Notes: generated from the sequence alone by a model not told the origin. 64,000 nt of DNA from an uncultured Bacteroidota bacterium (GCA_963714855.1 CAVQPT010000021.1:192030-256029); one strand, 5' to 3'. Numbered from the stretch's first letter, positions 1 to 9,863 are shown. Numbers and translations are program-made.

Positions 1-139
1 GCGGCGCTGGGCCTTCTCCCCGGCGACTATCCCTGCCTCCTCCATCTCGAGCGGATCCGTGCCTACATGCAAACGCCGCCCCCGGAGAACTGGGACGGCG
101 TGTGCGTCCTTACCTCAAAATAGTATTCTGCGGAACCGC

Positions 140-1168
140 CTACTCCCCGACGCGGCGGAACTGATCGCTTTCGAGCGAGAAGGTCATCGAAATGCGGTGC
201 GTGTTTCCCAGCTGACCTGTGCCGTCGAACTTGGCAAACGAATAATCAATGTTCAGTTTGGGAAAGTGCACTCCGGCACCCATGGTGAGTTGCTTCACAT
301 CGCTGTACCCCATCCGCAGCGCCACAAGGTCCTTGAACTGAAATTCCAGCCCCGTGTGAAGATCGAAGCTCATGGGACCGAGGTGTGCAAGCGCTGCGTA
401 TTTCCGGTTTTCAAAACGGATGTCAAAATCCACCGCCGGCGCAAACCGGCCACCGAGGGCTTCGATGAAATATGCCGACCCGACCTTCATCGTCGGAGAG
501 ATCAGCTCGTTTCGTCCGGTGCTCCAGGCCAGAAACGTGGTCGTCACATCCTGCAGGTTCGCCCCGAGCACAAGGTTGTCCATCGGCGTGTACCAGATGC
601 CGATATCAAATCCGATTCCCGTCGCGCTGGCCTCGCCGAGTTCACGGCGGATCAGTTTCACGTTGGCACCATACATGAAGTCGTCCGAATACCGTCGGGC
701 ATACGTGAAATACAACGCGTAGTCGGCGGCATTGAAATACGTCACACGGTCGGGATCCACGCGGCTGAACTGTGCGGGATCATAGGTGAGATTTCCATTG
801 ATATCGACTCCCGCATTGCGCGTATCGGGAATATCGTCAACACCCAGCCGGATAAGACTGAAACCAATGCTGGCACGCGGGCCGACAGGGATCGCTACCG
901 CTCCGTAATCATGATTCACGAGCGAGCCAAACTGCTCGTCGTGCATCAGGGCAATCTGAGGGTAGTTGATCCGGGCCAGACCGGCCGGATTCCAGTAGCC
1001 CGCCGTGACGTCGTTTGCAAGCGCAACATACGCTCCCCCCAACGCAAGCGCCCGTCCACCCACACCAAGGGCAATAAACTCCCCTGCGTATTTTGCCACA
1101 CTCGTCTGCCCGACGGCCCACGCAGCGGGAAGACAAAGAACGACCACCAGCGCTTTGACCGCTCTCAT
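140..1168 (-). CDS. FadL-like/PorV-PorQ-family outer-membrane beta-barrel protein (T9SS-associated type)
   Basis: 352-aa ORF with an N-terminal signal peptide (MRAVKALVVVLCLPAAWA). It has a YWNPAGLA hatch motif typical of FadL/PorV-like 14-strand barrels and an alternating amphipathic beta-strand pattern to the C-terminus. The start was moved to an internal Met. Confidence 0.5.
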   Translation of the reverse strand: MRAVKALVVVLCLPAAWAVGQTSVAKYAGEFIALGVGGRALALGGAYVALANDVTAGYWNPAGLARINYPQIALMHDEQFGSLVNHDYGAVAIPVGPRASIGFSLIRLGVDDIPDTRNAGVDINGNLTYDPAQFSRVDPDRVTYFNAADYALYFTYARRYSDDFMYGANVKLIRRELGEASATGIGFDIGIWYTPMDNLVLGANLQDVTTTFLAWSTGRNELISPTMKVGSAYFIEALGGRFAPAVDFDIRFENRKYAALAHLGPMSFDLHTGLEFQFKDLVALRMGYSDVKQLTMGAGVHFPKLNIDYSFAKFDGTGQLGNTHRISMTFSLESDQFRRVGE

Positions 1169-1447
1169 CGCCCTATCCGCTTTCTGTGATGCGTGCACTT
1201 CACGTAGTCAAAATCACAAAATCTGCCGTCAGAGTCAAGGCACAGCATCTCCCTCCTCCGAAGGCTCTCCTGGACACGGGAGAGAGCAAACGGGCCCGGT
1301 GATATCTGCCTCCCGCATGCAAAGACCCCCGTACATACCAGCACTATTCCCCGGCGGGAAGGCGACACGGATGCCTTCCACTCGATCCCGCAGCTCGAGG
1401 GATACATCCCTGTGCCGCATTCCCCCGGGAAATTTGCGAACTCTGCT

Positions 1448-1663
1448 TCAGAAAGAACTTCGGGTGAAGCAGATAACCTGCGCTCCCTGGCATGAATAGC
1501 CCGCACACTGATCGGGTCCGCAGGAGCACTGCACGAGTGCGCAGGGAAAACAGTCCACATTCTTTCCTTCGACAACACCCGTGATCATGATGGTGAGGAG
1601 CGCTAGCATCAGCAGCCCCGCCAACGCCCCACCGATGATCCGCCGTGAACAATGATGAATCAT
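1448..1663 (-). CDS. small secreted cysteine-rich peptide (paralog P1, 71 aa)
   Basis: AAGGAG Shine-Dalgarno 8 nt upstream of the ATG. N-terminal hydrophobic signal/TM segment, then a Cys-rich tail: DCFPCALVQCSCGPDQCAGYSCQGAQVICF. Shares a C-x-G-G-P/V-D-Q/N-C core with P2 and P3. Confidence 0.45.
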   Translation of the reverse strand: MIHHCSRRIIGGALAGLLMLALLTIMITGVVEGKNVDCFPCALVQCSCGPDQCAGYSCQGAQVICFTRSSF

Positions 1664-1675
1664 AGCTTTCTCCTT

Positions 1676-1886
1676 TCAGGGCAAACGGGAGGCACCGAGA
1701 CAGGAGTACCATGTCCCGTCGTCGCACCGCACCTCAGCGCACTGGTCCACCCCTCCGGCGCATCCCAGATCACCCCGACATGACACGCACGGTTTTGGTG
1801 GACGGGCCTGAAGTGCTACCGTAGCAAGAAGAATCAGGAGTCCGGCTGCGGCAACGGTGTTCAAGACATGTGATCTGCTCACAGGG
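1676..1886 (-). CDS. small secreted cysteine-rich peptide (paralog P2, GTG start, ~70 aa)
   Basis: GTG start preceded by AAGGAG with a 7-nt spacer, overlapping the last codons of the upstream NHL gene. Signal-like segment AAAGLLILLATVALQA, then PCVSCRGDLGCAGGVDQCAEVRCDDGTWYSC. Confidence 0.4.
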
Positions 1887-2982
1887 CTTCTCCTTCTGAT
1901 GTGGAAAGCGTGTCCATCTCCCACACTGTAACGGTTGTGTCGGCAATGCCGTAGAGCCTGTGCCCGGACACGTGGGCAACGGTAAGACCCGCCGGCAGGA
2001 GATATGACCATCTGTACAGTCCGTCCGGATGCCCGTACACATCCATGACACCTCGACCTTCTGTACCACGGGAGCCCGCATGCACATGGACTTCATCGCC
2101 AGTAAGACTCACATGGAGTGACAACCGCCGTGCGTCAGGCGAGACACGGACATAGTGGACGTCGCCGGCGTTGCGCGATACAACATCCGGGAGGCCGACA
2201 TGATCGATGGTCTGGACGAAGGAGTGTTCCGGGGACCTGCCATACTCAAACAGCCCGAGAACACCGGCACGATAGGCGGCGTATGCAAACCGGCCGTCAC
2301 TCGACCCTGCCATGCGGCCATCCAGAGCAATACCCACACGCTCCTGCTGGTCTGCAAGAACGCCAAAGGTCCCGATCAGAGTCCCCCGACGGTCGTACCG
2401 TGCGAAGAGCTTCGGACCTGCGGGAGACGACATCAGAACGTAGCCCTCCGGCCCGTACAGGGCGATGCGGAATGGAGGGCGTTCGGGACGAATGGTCTTC
2501 AGGAGTCGCGCATCCGGACCAAACACGGTAATGCGGCTGTTGACAGGATCGCAGATCCAGACCGTTCCATCGTCCGCGACATCAAAGTCGGTCGGATTCG
2601 TGAACTCGCCCGGACCCTGTCCTGCCTGACCCCCATACACACGGACCGGCACACCGTCGTGGGAGAATCTCCTGACACACCGGTCAGTCCAGTCAAGGAC
2701 GTACACATCACCGTCCGCATCGGTACGGACGCTGACGGGCGCAGACAGGAGAGGCCCCGGTGCACAACCGATGGTGATACCGCGCTCGAGCCTGTTCGCT
2801 TTCCAGATTCTTCCGGTTGATTGTTGCGGTGCAATCGTGTCCACTGCAGTGGCTCCCGGCGAGCGTGTGCCAGAAACGAGTTTCTCGACACGTTCTTCTT
2901 CCGGAACCAGGACCAGGCCGACGACGACTCCAGCGGCTATCGCGCCGGTCAGCAGGAGAAGCAACCGCCTTTCACGTCGCAT
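1879..2982 (-). CDS. membrane-anchored NHL-repeat / 6-bladed beta-propeller protein
   Basis: 367 aa with an N-terminal signal anchor. Repeated motifs (DGDVYVLD, DGTVWICD, GxxGxGxGEF) are characteristic of NHL beta-propeller blades. GGGAG RBS upstream. Confidence 0.6.
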   Translation of the reverse strand: MRRERRLLLLLTGAIAAGVVVGLVLVPEEERVEKLVSGTRSPGATAVDTIAPQQSTGRIWKANRLERGITIGCAPGPLLSAPVSVRTDADGDVYVLDWTDRCVRRFSHDGVPVRVYGGQAGQGPGEFTNPTDFDVADDGTVWICDPVNSRITVFGPDARLLKTIRPERPPFRIALYGPEGYVLMSSPAGPKLFARYDRRGTLIGTFGVLADQQERVGIALDGRMAGSSDGRFAYAAYRAGVLGLFEYGRSPEHSFVQTIDHVGLPDVVSRNAGDVHYVRVSPDARRLSLHVSLTGDEVHVHAGSRGTEGRGVMDVYGHPDGLYRWSYLLPAGLTVAHVSGHRLYGIADTTVTVWEMDTLSTSEGEAL

Positions 2983-3021
2983 GGCACTGTCTCCCTCGAG
3001 AGTGTGTACTGCCCCTTGCTC

Positions 3022-3246
3022 TCACAGGATCGGCCCCGCCGGGGCCCGCATGAAGCAGGTGACCGCAATGGAGACACCCTTGATCGAGATCTCGACCGCC
3101 ATGCAATTATCCGGTCCGCCGCTACACCCGATCTGCGAACAACCGAACGGCGCGGCCGCCGTTGCCTGAGCAGGGACGCCCAGGAGTGTGACACAGCATA
3201 CGCCTGCCAGTAGCAGGATCGCAATATACGACCGCACAGGTTTCAT
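3022..3246 (-). CDS. small secreted cysteine-rich peptide (paralog P3, 74 aa)
   Basis: Perfect AGGAGG RBS 6 nt upstream of the ATG. Signal peptide MKPVRSYIAILLLAGVCCVTLLGVPAQA, then FGCSQIGCSGGPDNCMAVEI. The core GCSGGPDNC matches GCAGGVDQC of P2. Confidence 0.45.
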   Translation of the reverse strand: MKPVRSYIAILLLAGVCCVTLLGVPAQATAAAPFGCSQIGCSGGPDNCMAVEISIKGVSIAVTCFMRAPAGPIL

Positions 3247-3301
3247 TTTTCCCTCCTGACGATATGTGGTACTGTGACGGAGACACACATGCCTGAGCAT
3301 C

Positions 3302-3730
3302 TTATGTCTCCGGCGCGGGCTTCGAACCGAACGTGCCGGTACACCAGACGTACCAGCAGAGGGCGACACAGAGAAGATTCTGGAACACGTGGAGAAGGTC
3401 GGCGTGAGCATATGGAAACGCGAACCAGCACCCGCATGGCCGGCCAGGAGCAACAACCACAAGAACAGCCGTGACCACGGCAAAGACGGTAAACAGGATC
3501 CCCGCTCCTAAGAGGCTGGTGCGGCGGGACGTTCCGAATAGCATTCCTGCCGTGAGGGCAAGTTCGGCTGCCACGACCCCACCTCCCACCGCCGCCGCTC
3601 CCCGTTGTGGAACGATTGGATTGCGCTGCAGAAGATCCACAAAAAGATGCCAGTGGAGAAGTTTGTCCACTGCAGCAGCTCCCAGAATTCCTGCAATGAC
3701 AAACGCGGTCAGAACGGTGATCACCTTCAT
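3302..3730 (-). CDS. DoxX/MauE-family 4-TM membrane protein with a CGC motif
   Basis: 142 aa with four predicted hydrophobic helices and a PCGCW motif. The architecture resembles MauE/DoxX membrane thiol-redox proteins. Confidence 0.5.
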   Translation of the reverse strand: MKVITVLTAFVIAGILGAAAVDKLLHWHLFVDLLQRNPIVPQRGAAAVGGGVVAAELALTAGMLFGTSRRTSLLGAGILFTVFAVVTAVLVVVAPGRPCGCWFAFPYAHADLLHVFQNLLCVALCWYVWCTGTFGSKPAPET

Positions 3731-4175
3731 GCGTTTCCCCCTTCGCCACGCTCCGGATCCCGTTTCTCTCTTACGCTGCTCGTCTCACCGGTGCGGCTGC
3801 GATGTGTCCCGCACCACGGAAGGCGGACCTCCACGCTCGGCAGGGGCGTTCCCGGTTCAGCCTGACGCTTCGCCCGAGTGCGTCCGCCGCCCGGCAGAAC
3901 CCATCTGCCGCAGCCAGAGTGCCCGCCAGTTCCCCGGGTGAACAGCATCGCTCCTTCCGGCGTGGGCGGACGAACCAGCGCGCTGCTGTCGGCCGTGATC
4001 CCAGAGCCGGACCGGAGTGCCGCACCGGTAAGTACGACTGTGCAGGGAAGATATGGAGTGGTTTCTCGAAGCATAGGAGTTCTGCCGCCGCTTCTGCGGT
4101 GGCACGTTCACCTATGACTACACGCGGCGGGAAGGAATTCCGAGGAACGATGAAAAAAAGAAGGGTGGGGATGCG

Positions 4176-5888
4176 CTAGAGTGGCTCTGCGCCCAGTTCT
4201 TTCCGCAGGGCTTTGATCACCGGATGTTCTTCGTCTGCCTGTGACCCTTCGGACGTCTCCGGCGCTTCGTCGGAGACGGGTTGCACCTCTGCCGTCAGGC
4301 GAACACGTTCGTTGAATACTTTGAAAAATATCTCGGCCAGCACCTCCCGGTTGCGCTGAACCGTCGCAACCTGGAATTCATCCGCGCACCCGATGCGGAC
4401 CGTACCACGGGTGACGCCCAGGAGCGAGGTTGCTCCCAGAACGGCACCAAGAGAAATCTTCTGTTGCCCCACTTCTGCAACAAACTCCTGCCACCGCGAA
4501 CGCACTTCGTCTTCATGCGGCGAACGCCCGGCAGGCGGATGTGGATCTGTGCCGTCAACATGTGATGAAGCCCCCGCGGAGCGAGCTGGTGAGGACGGTG
4601 CGTTCTCGTCCCGGGATTGTGGCCTTGGAGTTCGATGCGGCGAATCAGACGGAGGAGCGATTCGTGCACCGGATGAAGCCGGAGCATGGTGCGCTTGCGC
4701 ATCTGCGGGAGCAGGTGCACGGGTGTGGCTGTCTAGGTTACCGACCGGTTTTTTTTTTAGCTCATCGATCCCCTCGATGAGTCCGGCCAGGTCCGTTGCC
4801 CTCGGCATGGTCACCAGTTGCACCATATCCGCTTCGAGGCGGAAACGGGGTTGGGCAGTAAAGCGCAGGGCCTGATCGGTGCCGTGGACAAGCCGCTGGG
4901 CGCGGAGGAGATCACCCACAGAGAACAGGCCTGCGGTTTCACCGTACCGCGTACGATACGTATCCGATGCCTCGATCAGCTCGGTGCTTCCCATCACCTT
5001 CGCCACAAGCAGGTTTCGCAGGTGTTCGAGCAGTCCGGAGAGAAACTCCCGCAGATCAAATCCGCCGCCCATCAGGTCATCCACCAGCATGAGGCCCCCA
5101 TGGGCATCCTGTTTTTCCATCAGGTCCGTGACACGGAAATAGACTTCCGTATCGGCGATATTGAGCGCCTCCTGCATCCGTACAAGTGTCACCTCGTTAC
5201 CGCAGAGAGCGATAACCTGATCGAAAAGGCTCTGCGCATCGCGGAGCGATCCGTCGCCCTTCCGCGCGATCAGCGACAGCGCATCGGTTTCCAGACTCAA
5301 CCCCTCCTCCTTCGCAATCTGCGCAAGGTTTTCCATGATTGTTGCATGGGGGATCCGTCGGAATTCAAACCGCTGGCAGCGCGAGAGGATTGTTGCGGGG
5401 ACTTTTTGCAGCTCGGTGGTGGCAAAAATAAACAGGACATGCGAAGGGGGTTCTTCGAGCGTCTTGAGGAGCGCGTTAAACGCTTCCTTCGTGAGCATGT
5501 GCACTTCGTCGATGATATACACTTTGTAGGCGCATTTTACCGGCGCATAGCGGACAGCATCACGCAGGTTGCGGATTTCTTCAACGCCGCGATTCGATGC
5601 ACCATCGATTTCCTGGACATCAAAACTACGCCCGTCCGTGATTTCTGAACAGTTTTCACAGGCGTTGTCGGGATTGGCGTCTTTCGGGTGGAGACAGTTC
5701 ACGGCTTTGGCAAGAAGGCGCGCGGTCGTCGTTTTGCCGACGCCGCGTGGACCACTGAACAGGTATGCATGCGCCAGCCGCTTGCCGGAAAGGGCATTGC
5801 GGAGGGTTCGCGTTACATGGTCCTGGCCGACCACGTCTTCGAAGACCATGGGCCGCCATTTCCTGGCAGTAACAATGTACTCGCTCAT
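4176..5888 (-). CDS. dnaX: DNA polymerase III subunits gamma/tau
   Basis: N-terminus MSEYIVTARKWRPMVFEDVVGQDHV. Walker A GPRGVGKTT, clamp-loader AAA+ motifs and zinc-binding CENCSEI. 570 aa with a proline/charge-rich tau tail. Confidence 0.95.
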   Translation of the reverse strand: MSEYIVTARKWRPMVFEDVVGQDHVTRTLRNALSGKRLAHAYLFSGPRGVGKTTTARLLAKAVNCLHPKDANPDNACENCSEITDGRSFDVQEIDGASNRGVEEIRNLRDAVRYAPVKCAYKVYIIDEVHMLTKEAFNALLKTLEEPPSHVLFIFATTELQKVPATILSRCQRFEFRRIPHATIMENLAQIAKEEGLSLETDALSLIARKGDGSLRDAQSLFDQVIALCGNEVTLVRMQEALNIADTEVYFRVTDLMEKQDAHGGLMLVDDLMGGGFDLREFLSGLLEHLRNLLVAKVMGSTELIEASDTYRTRYGETAGLFSVGDLLRAQRLVHGTDQALRFTAQPRFRLEADMVQLVTMPRATDLAGLIEGIDELKKKPVGNLDSHTRAPAPADAQAHHAPASSGARIAPPSDSPHRTPRPQSRDENAPSSPARSAGASSHVDGTDPHPPAGRSPHEDEVRSRWQEFVAEVGQQKISLGAVLGATSLLGVTRGTVRIGCADEFQVATVQRNREVLAEIFFKVFNERVRLTAEVQPVSDEAPETSEGSQADEEHPVIKALRKELGAEPL

Positions 5889-5904
5889 GTCCGCTGCACC
5901 ACTG

Positions 5905-8313
5905 TCACGATGATGTCCGTTTCTTCCGTGGAAAGACGTGCCCGAGTGCGTCTTCTATCTGACTGATGGGAATCAGCCGGAGACCTTCTTTTACGCGTTC
6001 AGGTATTTCCGCGAGGTCCTTGACGTTTTCCTGGGGGATCAGGACCGTTGTAATGCCGCTCCGTTGCGCTGCGAGAAGTTTTTCATTCAGGCCGCCGATA
6101 CCGAGGACCTCCCCCCGGAGCGTGATCTCTCCCGTCATGGCCACGTCACTGCGGGCCGGCTTGCCGCTGATCGCCGAATACATGGCCATCGCCATCGTGA
6201 TACCGGCCGACGGTCCGTCTTTCGGTATGGCCCCTTCCGGGAGATGAATGTGAATCTCCCTTCCTTTGAAGAAGGTAGGTGAGAGCCTGAGCTGCTGCGC
6301 CTGCGAACGCAGGTAGCTGAGCGCCGCCTGCGCCGATTCCTTCATCACATCCCCGAGCTGACCGGTAAGCGTGAGCTTTTCCTGCCCGCGCATCACGGTG
6401 ACATCGACGTGCAGAATATCGCCGCCAACGCTGGTCCAGGCCAGCCCCGTCACAGACCCGACTCGATGTTCCCCGCTCTTTTTCCTGCTCCGGAACCTGG
6501 GCACGCCAAGGAATTTCTCCACGCGCTCGGCATCGACCGCGATCGACGCAGGAGCGCCCTTCTTCTTGCTCCCCGCCTTCTTCCCCTGCTTCGATCCGAC
6601 AATCTCTTTCGCCACTTTGCGGCACACCGAAGCGATTTCCCGTTCCAGATTGCGGACACCTGCTTCACGGGTGTAGTCGGTGATGATCTTCGCAATCGCC
6701 CCGTCCTGAATCACCACCTGACGGTGTTCGAGACCATGTTCCTTCAGTTGCTTTGGGATAATATGACGCCGTGCGATCTCCACTTTGTCGTGGTGCAGAT
6801 ATCCGGGGAGTTCGATGATTTCCATTCTGTCCTGCAACGGAAGTGGTATGCTGTACCGGACGTTTGCCGTGGTAATAAACATCACATGCGACAGGTCATA
6901 GTCCACGTCGAGGTAGTGGTCGCTGAACGCCACATTCTGTTCGGGGTCGAGCACTTCGAGGAGGGCGGCGGAAGGATCCCCGCGGAAATCCATGCTCATC
7001 TTGTCGACTTCATCCAGCAGCACGAGCGGGTTGATCACACCCGCCCGGCGCATCGACTGAATGATTTTACCGGGCATGGAGCCAATATAGGTACGCCGGT
7101 GGCCACGGATTTCCGCTTCGTCACGCACCCCGCCGAGTGAAATCCGGACGAGCGTCCGCCCGAGAGCCCGTGCGATCGATTTGGCCAGCGACGTTTTTCC
7201 AACACCGGGAGGCCCCACAAAACAAAGGATCTGTCCTTTCATTTCGCGGACAAGATTGAGGACTGCGATGTGTTCGAGAATACGGTCCTTGGGCTTTTCC
7301 AGCCCGAAGTGGTCTTCGTCCAGAATCCGTTGCACATGGGCGATCCGCAGATTGTCCTTCGTCCGCTTCTGCCACGGAACGGCAATCATCCAATCCAGAT
7401 AGCCCCGTATCACGGTGGATTCCGGCGAGAGGGGAGGGGTCTTCTTCAATTTGCCGAATTCTTCGAGCGCCTTTTCCTCAACCGCCTTCGGCATCTTCGC
7501 CTTCTTGATGTCCTCTCTCAACTTCAACAGCTCGGGGGAGGTTTCCTCATCGCCCAGTTCATCCTGCAGAATGCGGATTTGCTCCTGGATGAAGAATTTT
7601 CGCTGTGAGCGGGCAATGTTGTCGTGGACCTTGGTATCGATTTCCTTTTCGATTTTGAGGACGTCAATTTCCGAATTGAGGATCCGGATCAATTCATGGA
7701 GCTGTTCCCGGATGCCTTGCAGTTCCAGGATGCGGTGTTTGACGTCGACCGTCTGCATGATGTTCGCCGCGATGTAGAAAACGCGCCGGAGCGGTTCGCG
7801 GGTGTTCTCGAATGCCACAAGAACTTCACTCGGGACATTGCGGTTCAGATGCACGTACTCCGCAAACAGGGAGGAGGTATGCCGGAGGAGGGCATCGAGT
7901 TCCGCGTCCAGCGTTGCGGGTGGCACGTGCAGCTGGACTTCCGCCTCGAGGTACTTCGGATTCTGCTCGAAATGCTCAACGTCGGCCTGCACAATGCCAT
8001 CCACCAGAATCTTGATCAGCCCGTTGGGCAACTTCAGTACCTGGATGATGCGTGCAACGGTTCCCTCGCGGTACACATCATCAATACCCGGTTCTTCCGT
8101 GATCGAATTCTTCTGCGCAACGAGGAAGATGTATTTGTCCCGCTCCACGGCATCCGTGACTGCACGCAGCGACGACTCCCGGCCGACAAGCACGGGAAAA
8201 ATCATATAGGGAAAAATCACCACATCGCGCAGCGGCAGTACCGGCATGCGTGTGGGAATGGTCTCACGAGAGTGAGCCGGCTGTTCCGGTTTCAGGGTCT
8301 GGTCGTTATCCAT
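5905..8313 (-). CDS. lon: ATP-dependent Lon protease
   Basis: 802 aa. Lon N-domain ([12 protein letters not shown]), AAA+ Walker [10 protein letters not shown], and C-terminal Ser-Lys protease domain ([14 protein letters not shown]). Confidence 0.95.
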   Translation of the reverse strand: MDNDQTLKPEQPAHSRETIPTRMPVLPLRDVVIFPYMIFPVLVGRESSLRAVTDAVERDKYIFLVAQKNSITEEPGIDDVYREGTVARIIQVLKLPNGLIKILVDGIVQADVEHFEQNPKYLEAEVQLHVPPATLDAELDALLRHTSSLFAEYVHLNRNVPSEVLVAFENTREPLRRVFYIAANIMQTVDVKHRILELQGIREQLHELIRILNSEIDVLKIEKEIDTKVHDNIARSQRKFFIQEQIRILQDELGDEETSPELLKLREDIKKAKMPKAVEEKALEEFGKLKKTPPLSPESTVIRGYLDWMIAVPWQKRTKDNLRIAHVQRILDEDHFGLEKPKDRILEHIAVLNLVREMKGQILCFVGPPGVGKTSLAKSIARALGRTLVRISLGGVRDEAEIRGHRRTYIGSMPGKIIQSMRRAGVINPLVLLDEVDKMSMDFRGDPSAALLEVLDPEQNVAFSDHYLDVDYDLSHVMFITTANVRYSIPLPLQDRMEIIELPGYLHHDKVEIARRHIIPKQLKEHGLEHRQVVIQDGAIAKIITDYTREAGVRNLEREIASVCRKVAKEIVGSKQGKKAGSKKKGAPASIAVDAERVEKFLGVPRFRSRKKSGEHRVGSVTGLAWTSVGGDILHVDVTVMRGQEKLTLTGQLGDVMKESAQAALSYLRSQAQQLRLSPTFFKGREIHIHLPEGAIPKDGPSAGITMAMAMYSAISGKPARSDVAMTGEITLRGEVLGIGGLNEKLLAAQRSGITTVLIPQENVKDLAEIPERVKEGLRLIPISQIEDALGHVFPRKKRTSS

Positions 8314-8398
8314 GGATGATCATTCGTGGTAGGTGAAGCACATCAAGGTACCACAATAAAGGGCGTTTGTCAAGAAACGGGGGGCGAAGCGGAACGGA

Positions 8399-9238
8399 TT
8401 ACGGTGTTGCGGGAATCGTACCACCGGCAAGTGCGAGATGTGAGAGGAGATCTCTTCGCTGCATCCGCGCAACGGCACCGCACAGCGTGCGGCCTTCGGT
8501 CCAGAAGACCATCGTTCTGCCATCAGCGTCTTCCTCAACATACGGGTGACCTTCCAGCAAGGCGCGTTTGATCTCAGGCGCAAGATCGAGGGGTGCGCCG
8601 GCCTGGATGGTACGCCAGCAGGTCTGATACACGTAGATCCTCTCTCCGTTGCCCGTGTACACGACATACGCAAACGGAACACCGGCTGCTTCGTTCAGTA
8701 CGGCGCCCGAAGGAATGTAATCGCGCAGTGCATGAACACGGACAGGGAATTCGGTCTTGCCTGCAAAATAGCGTTCCAGGACTGTTGGTTCATGCGAAAC
8801 CACCTGCGGAGTTGCACCACCGGTAGTCATTGCGGCAAGATGGAGAAGCGATGCCTGCACGACATCCGCATGATCGGTAATACCGACGTCCGCGGAGTTC
8901 TGCAGAGGACCCACAATGAGGTAGCCGAGCAGAAGTACTGCGGCTAATCCGAAAGACCATGAGAGAATGGTACGGCGAGGCAGGGGAACCACTCCGTGAG
9001 AGCGACCACCCTGTTGTTCCCGTTCAATGATCGTCGATACGGATGCGGTAAGAACATCCGGTGTTTTGATCATGTGCAGACGCTGATGGATCAAGCCGGT
9101 AATGAAGCGTTCTGCTTCGTAGGCCCGACGGCATCCCGGACAGCTGGCGACGTGGTCGAAAAAGGGTTGCTTGGCGCTGGTCTGGAGGTGGTCATCGACG
9201 GCCGGCGTTATCTGTTCATCACACTCACGACAATTCAA
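8399..9238 (-). CDS. anti-sigma factor (zf-HC2, single TM, periplasmic domain)
   Basis: N-terminal CxxC...HxxxC...CxxC putative zinc-finger (CRECDE...HVASCPGC), a central TM helix, and a position immediately downstream of an ECF sigma gene. Confidence 0.7.
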   Translation of the reverse strand: MNCRECDEQITPAVDDHLQTSAKQPFFDHVASCPGCRRAYEAERFITGLIHQRLHMIKTPDVLTASVSTIIEREQQGGRSHGVVPLPRRTILSWSFGLAAVLLLGYLIVGPLQNSADVGITDHADVVQASLLHLAAMTTGGATPQVVSHEPTVLERYFAGKTEFPVRVHALRDYIPSGAVLNEAAGVPFAYVVYTGNGERIYVYQTCWRTIQAGAPLDLAPEIKRALLEGHPYVEEDADGRTMVFWTEGRTLCGAVARMQRRDLLSHLALAGGTIPATP

Positions 9239-9287
9239 CGCTGGATCTCCCGTCTCTCGTCCCGGCCCTCACCGTGCTGCGAAGGTC

Positions 9288-9863
9288 TCAACCCTCCACC
9301 GCGTAACCGCGGTCTTTTGCATACTTCAAGAGCCGTGTGCGCAGAAGACTTCTGCCGCGATGGAGCCGTGAGCGCACCGTACCCAGAGGACAATCGAGGA
9401 ACTCTGCAATCTCTTCGTAGGTTAGTGCCTCGATGTCGCAGAGGATGACGACCGTTCGGAAGTCTTCGGGCAAATCGGCGATTGCGGTGGCAATATCATC
9501 GTCCAGCAGATTTCCGAATGACGATTCCTGCGGGTTGTTTGCTTCCGCGGCTTCATCGCGAATTGTATGATAAAAATTCTGAATCTCGTCGTAATCGACC
9601 GTGTCCGGTTCTTTTGCTTCCCGCCGGTAGCGGTTGATGTACGAATTTTTCAAAATTCTAAACAGCCATGCGCGGATATTGGTTCCCTTCTCATACTTGT
9701 CCCAGAATCGGAATGCTTTGAGGAAGGTTTCCTGGACGAGGTCGTCGGCATCCGCCCGGTTGTTTGTCATTCGGAGGGCGTAGTTGTAGAGGAGATCCGC
9801 GTGGGGAAGGGCCTCTGCTTCAAATTCGCTCTGTTTCGGTGTTTTTCCTGCGCCCTTCATCAT
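9288..9863 (-). CDS. RNA polymerase ECF-type sigma factor
   Basis: Sigma-70 region 2 (LVQETFLKAFRFWDKY, AWLFRILKNSYINRYR) and region 4 (TYEEIAEFLDCPLGTVRSRLHRGR). Confidence 0.9.
   Translation of the reverse strand: MMKGAGKTPKQSEFEAEALPHADLLYNYALRMTNNRADADDLVQETFLKAFRFWDKYEKGTNIRAWLFRILKNSYINRYRREAKEPDTVDYDEIQNFYHTIRDEAAEANNPQESSFGNLLDDDIATAIADLPEDFRTVVILCDIEALTYEEIAEFLDCPLGTVRSRLHRGRSLLRTRLLKYAKDRGYAVEG

Noticed and set aside
59-1189. 376-aa plus-strand ORF
   Set aside because: It lies antisense to the PorV-like OMP gene. It has no recognisable domains and an Arg/Pro-rich composition typical of spurious antisense ORFs in high-GC DNA.
3300-3335. tRNA T-loop-like GGTTCGAAGCCCG on the minus strand
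   Set aside because: It lies inside the DoxX-like coding sequence (…GTFGSKPAPET-stop). No acceptor or anticodon stems can be formed.
3925-3980. SRP-RNA-like motif CCGGAAGGAGCGAUGCUGUUCACC on the minus strand
   Set aside because: The resemblance to the 4.5S RNA domain IV sequence (GGUCCGGAAGGAAGCAGC / UGUUUACC) is partial and in the wrong order. I cannot build the conserved helix-8 hairpin from it.
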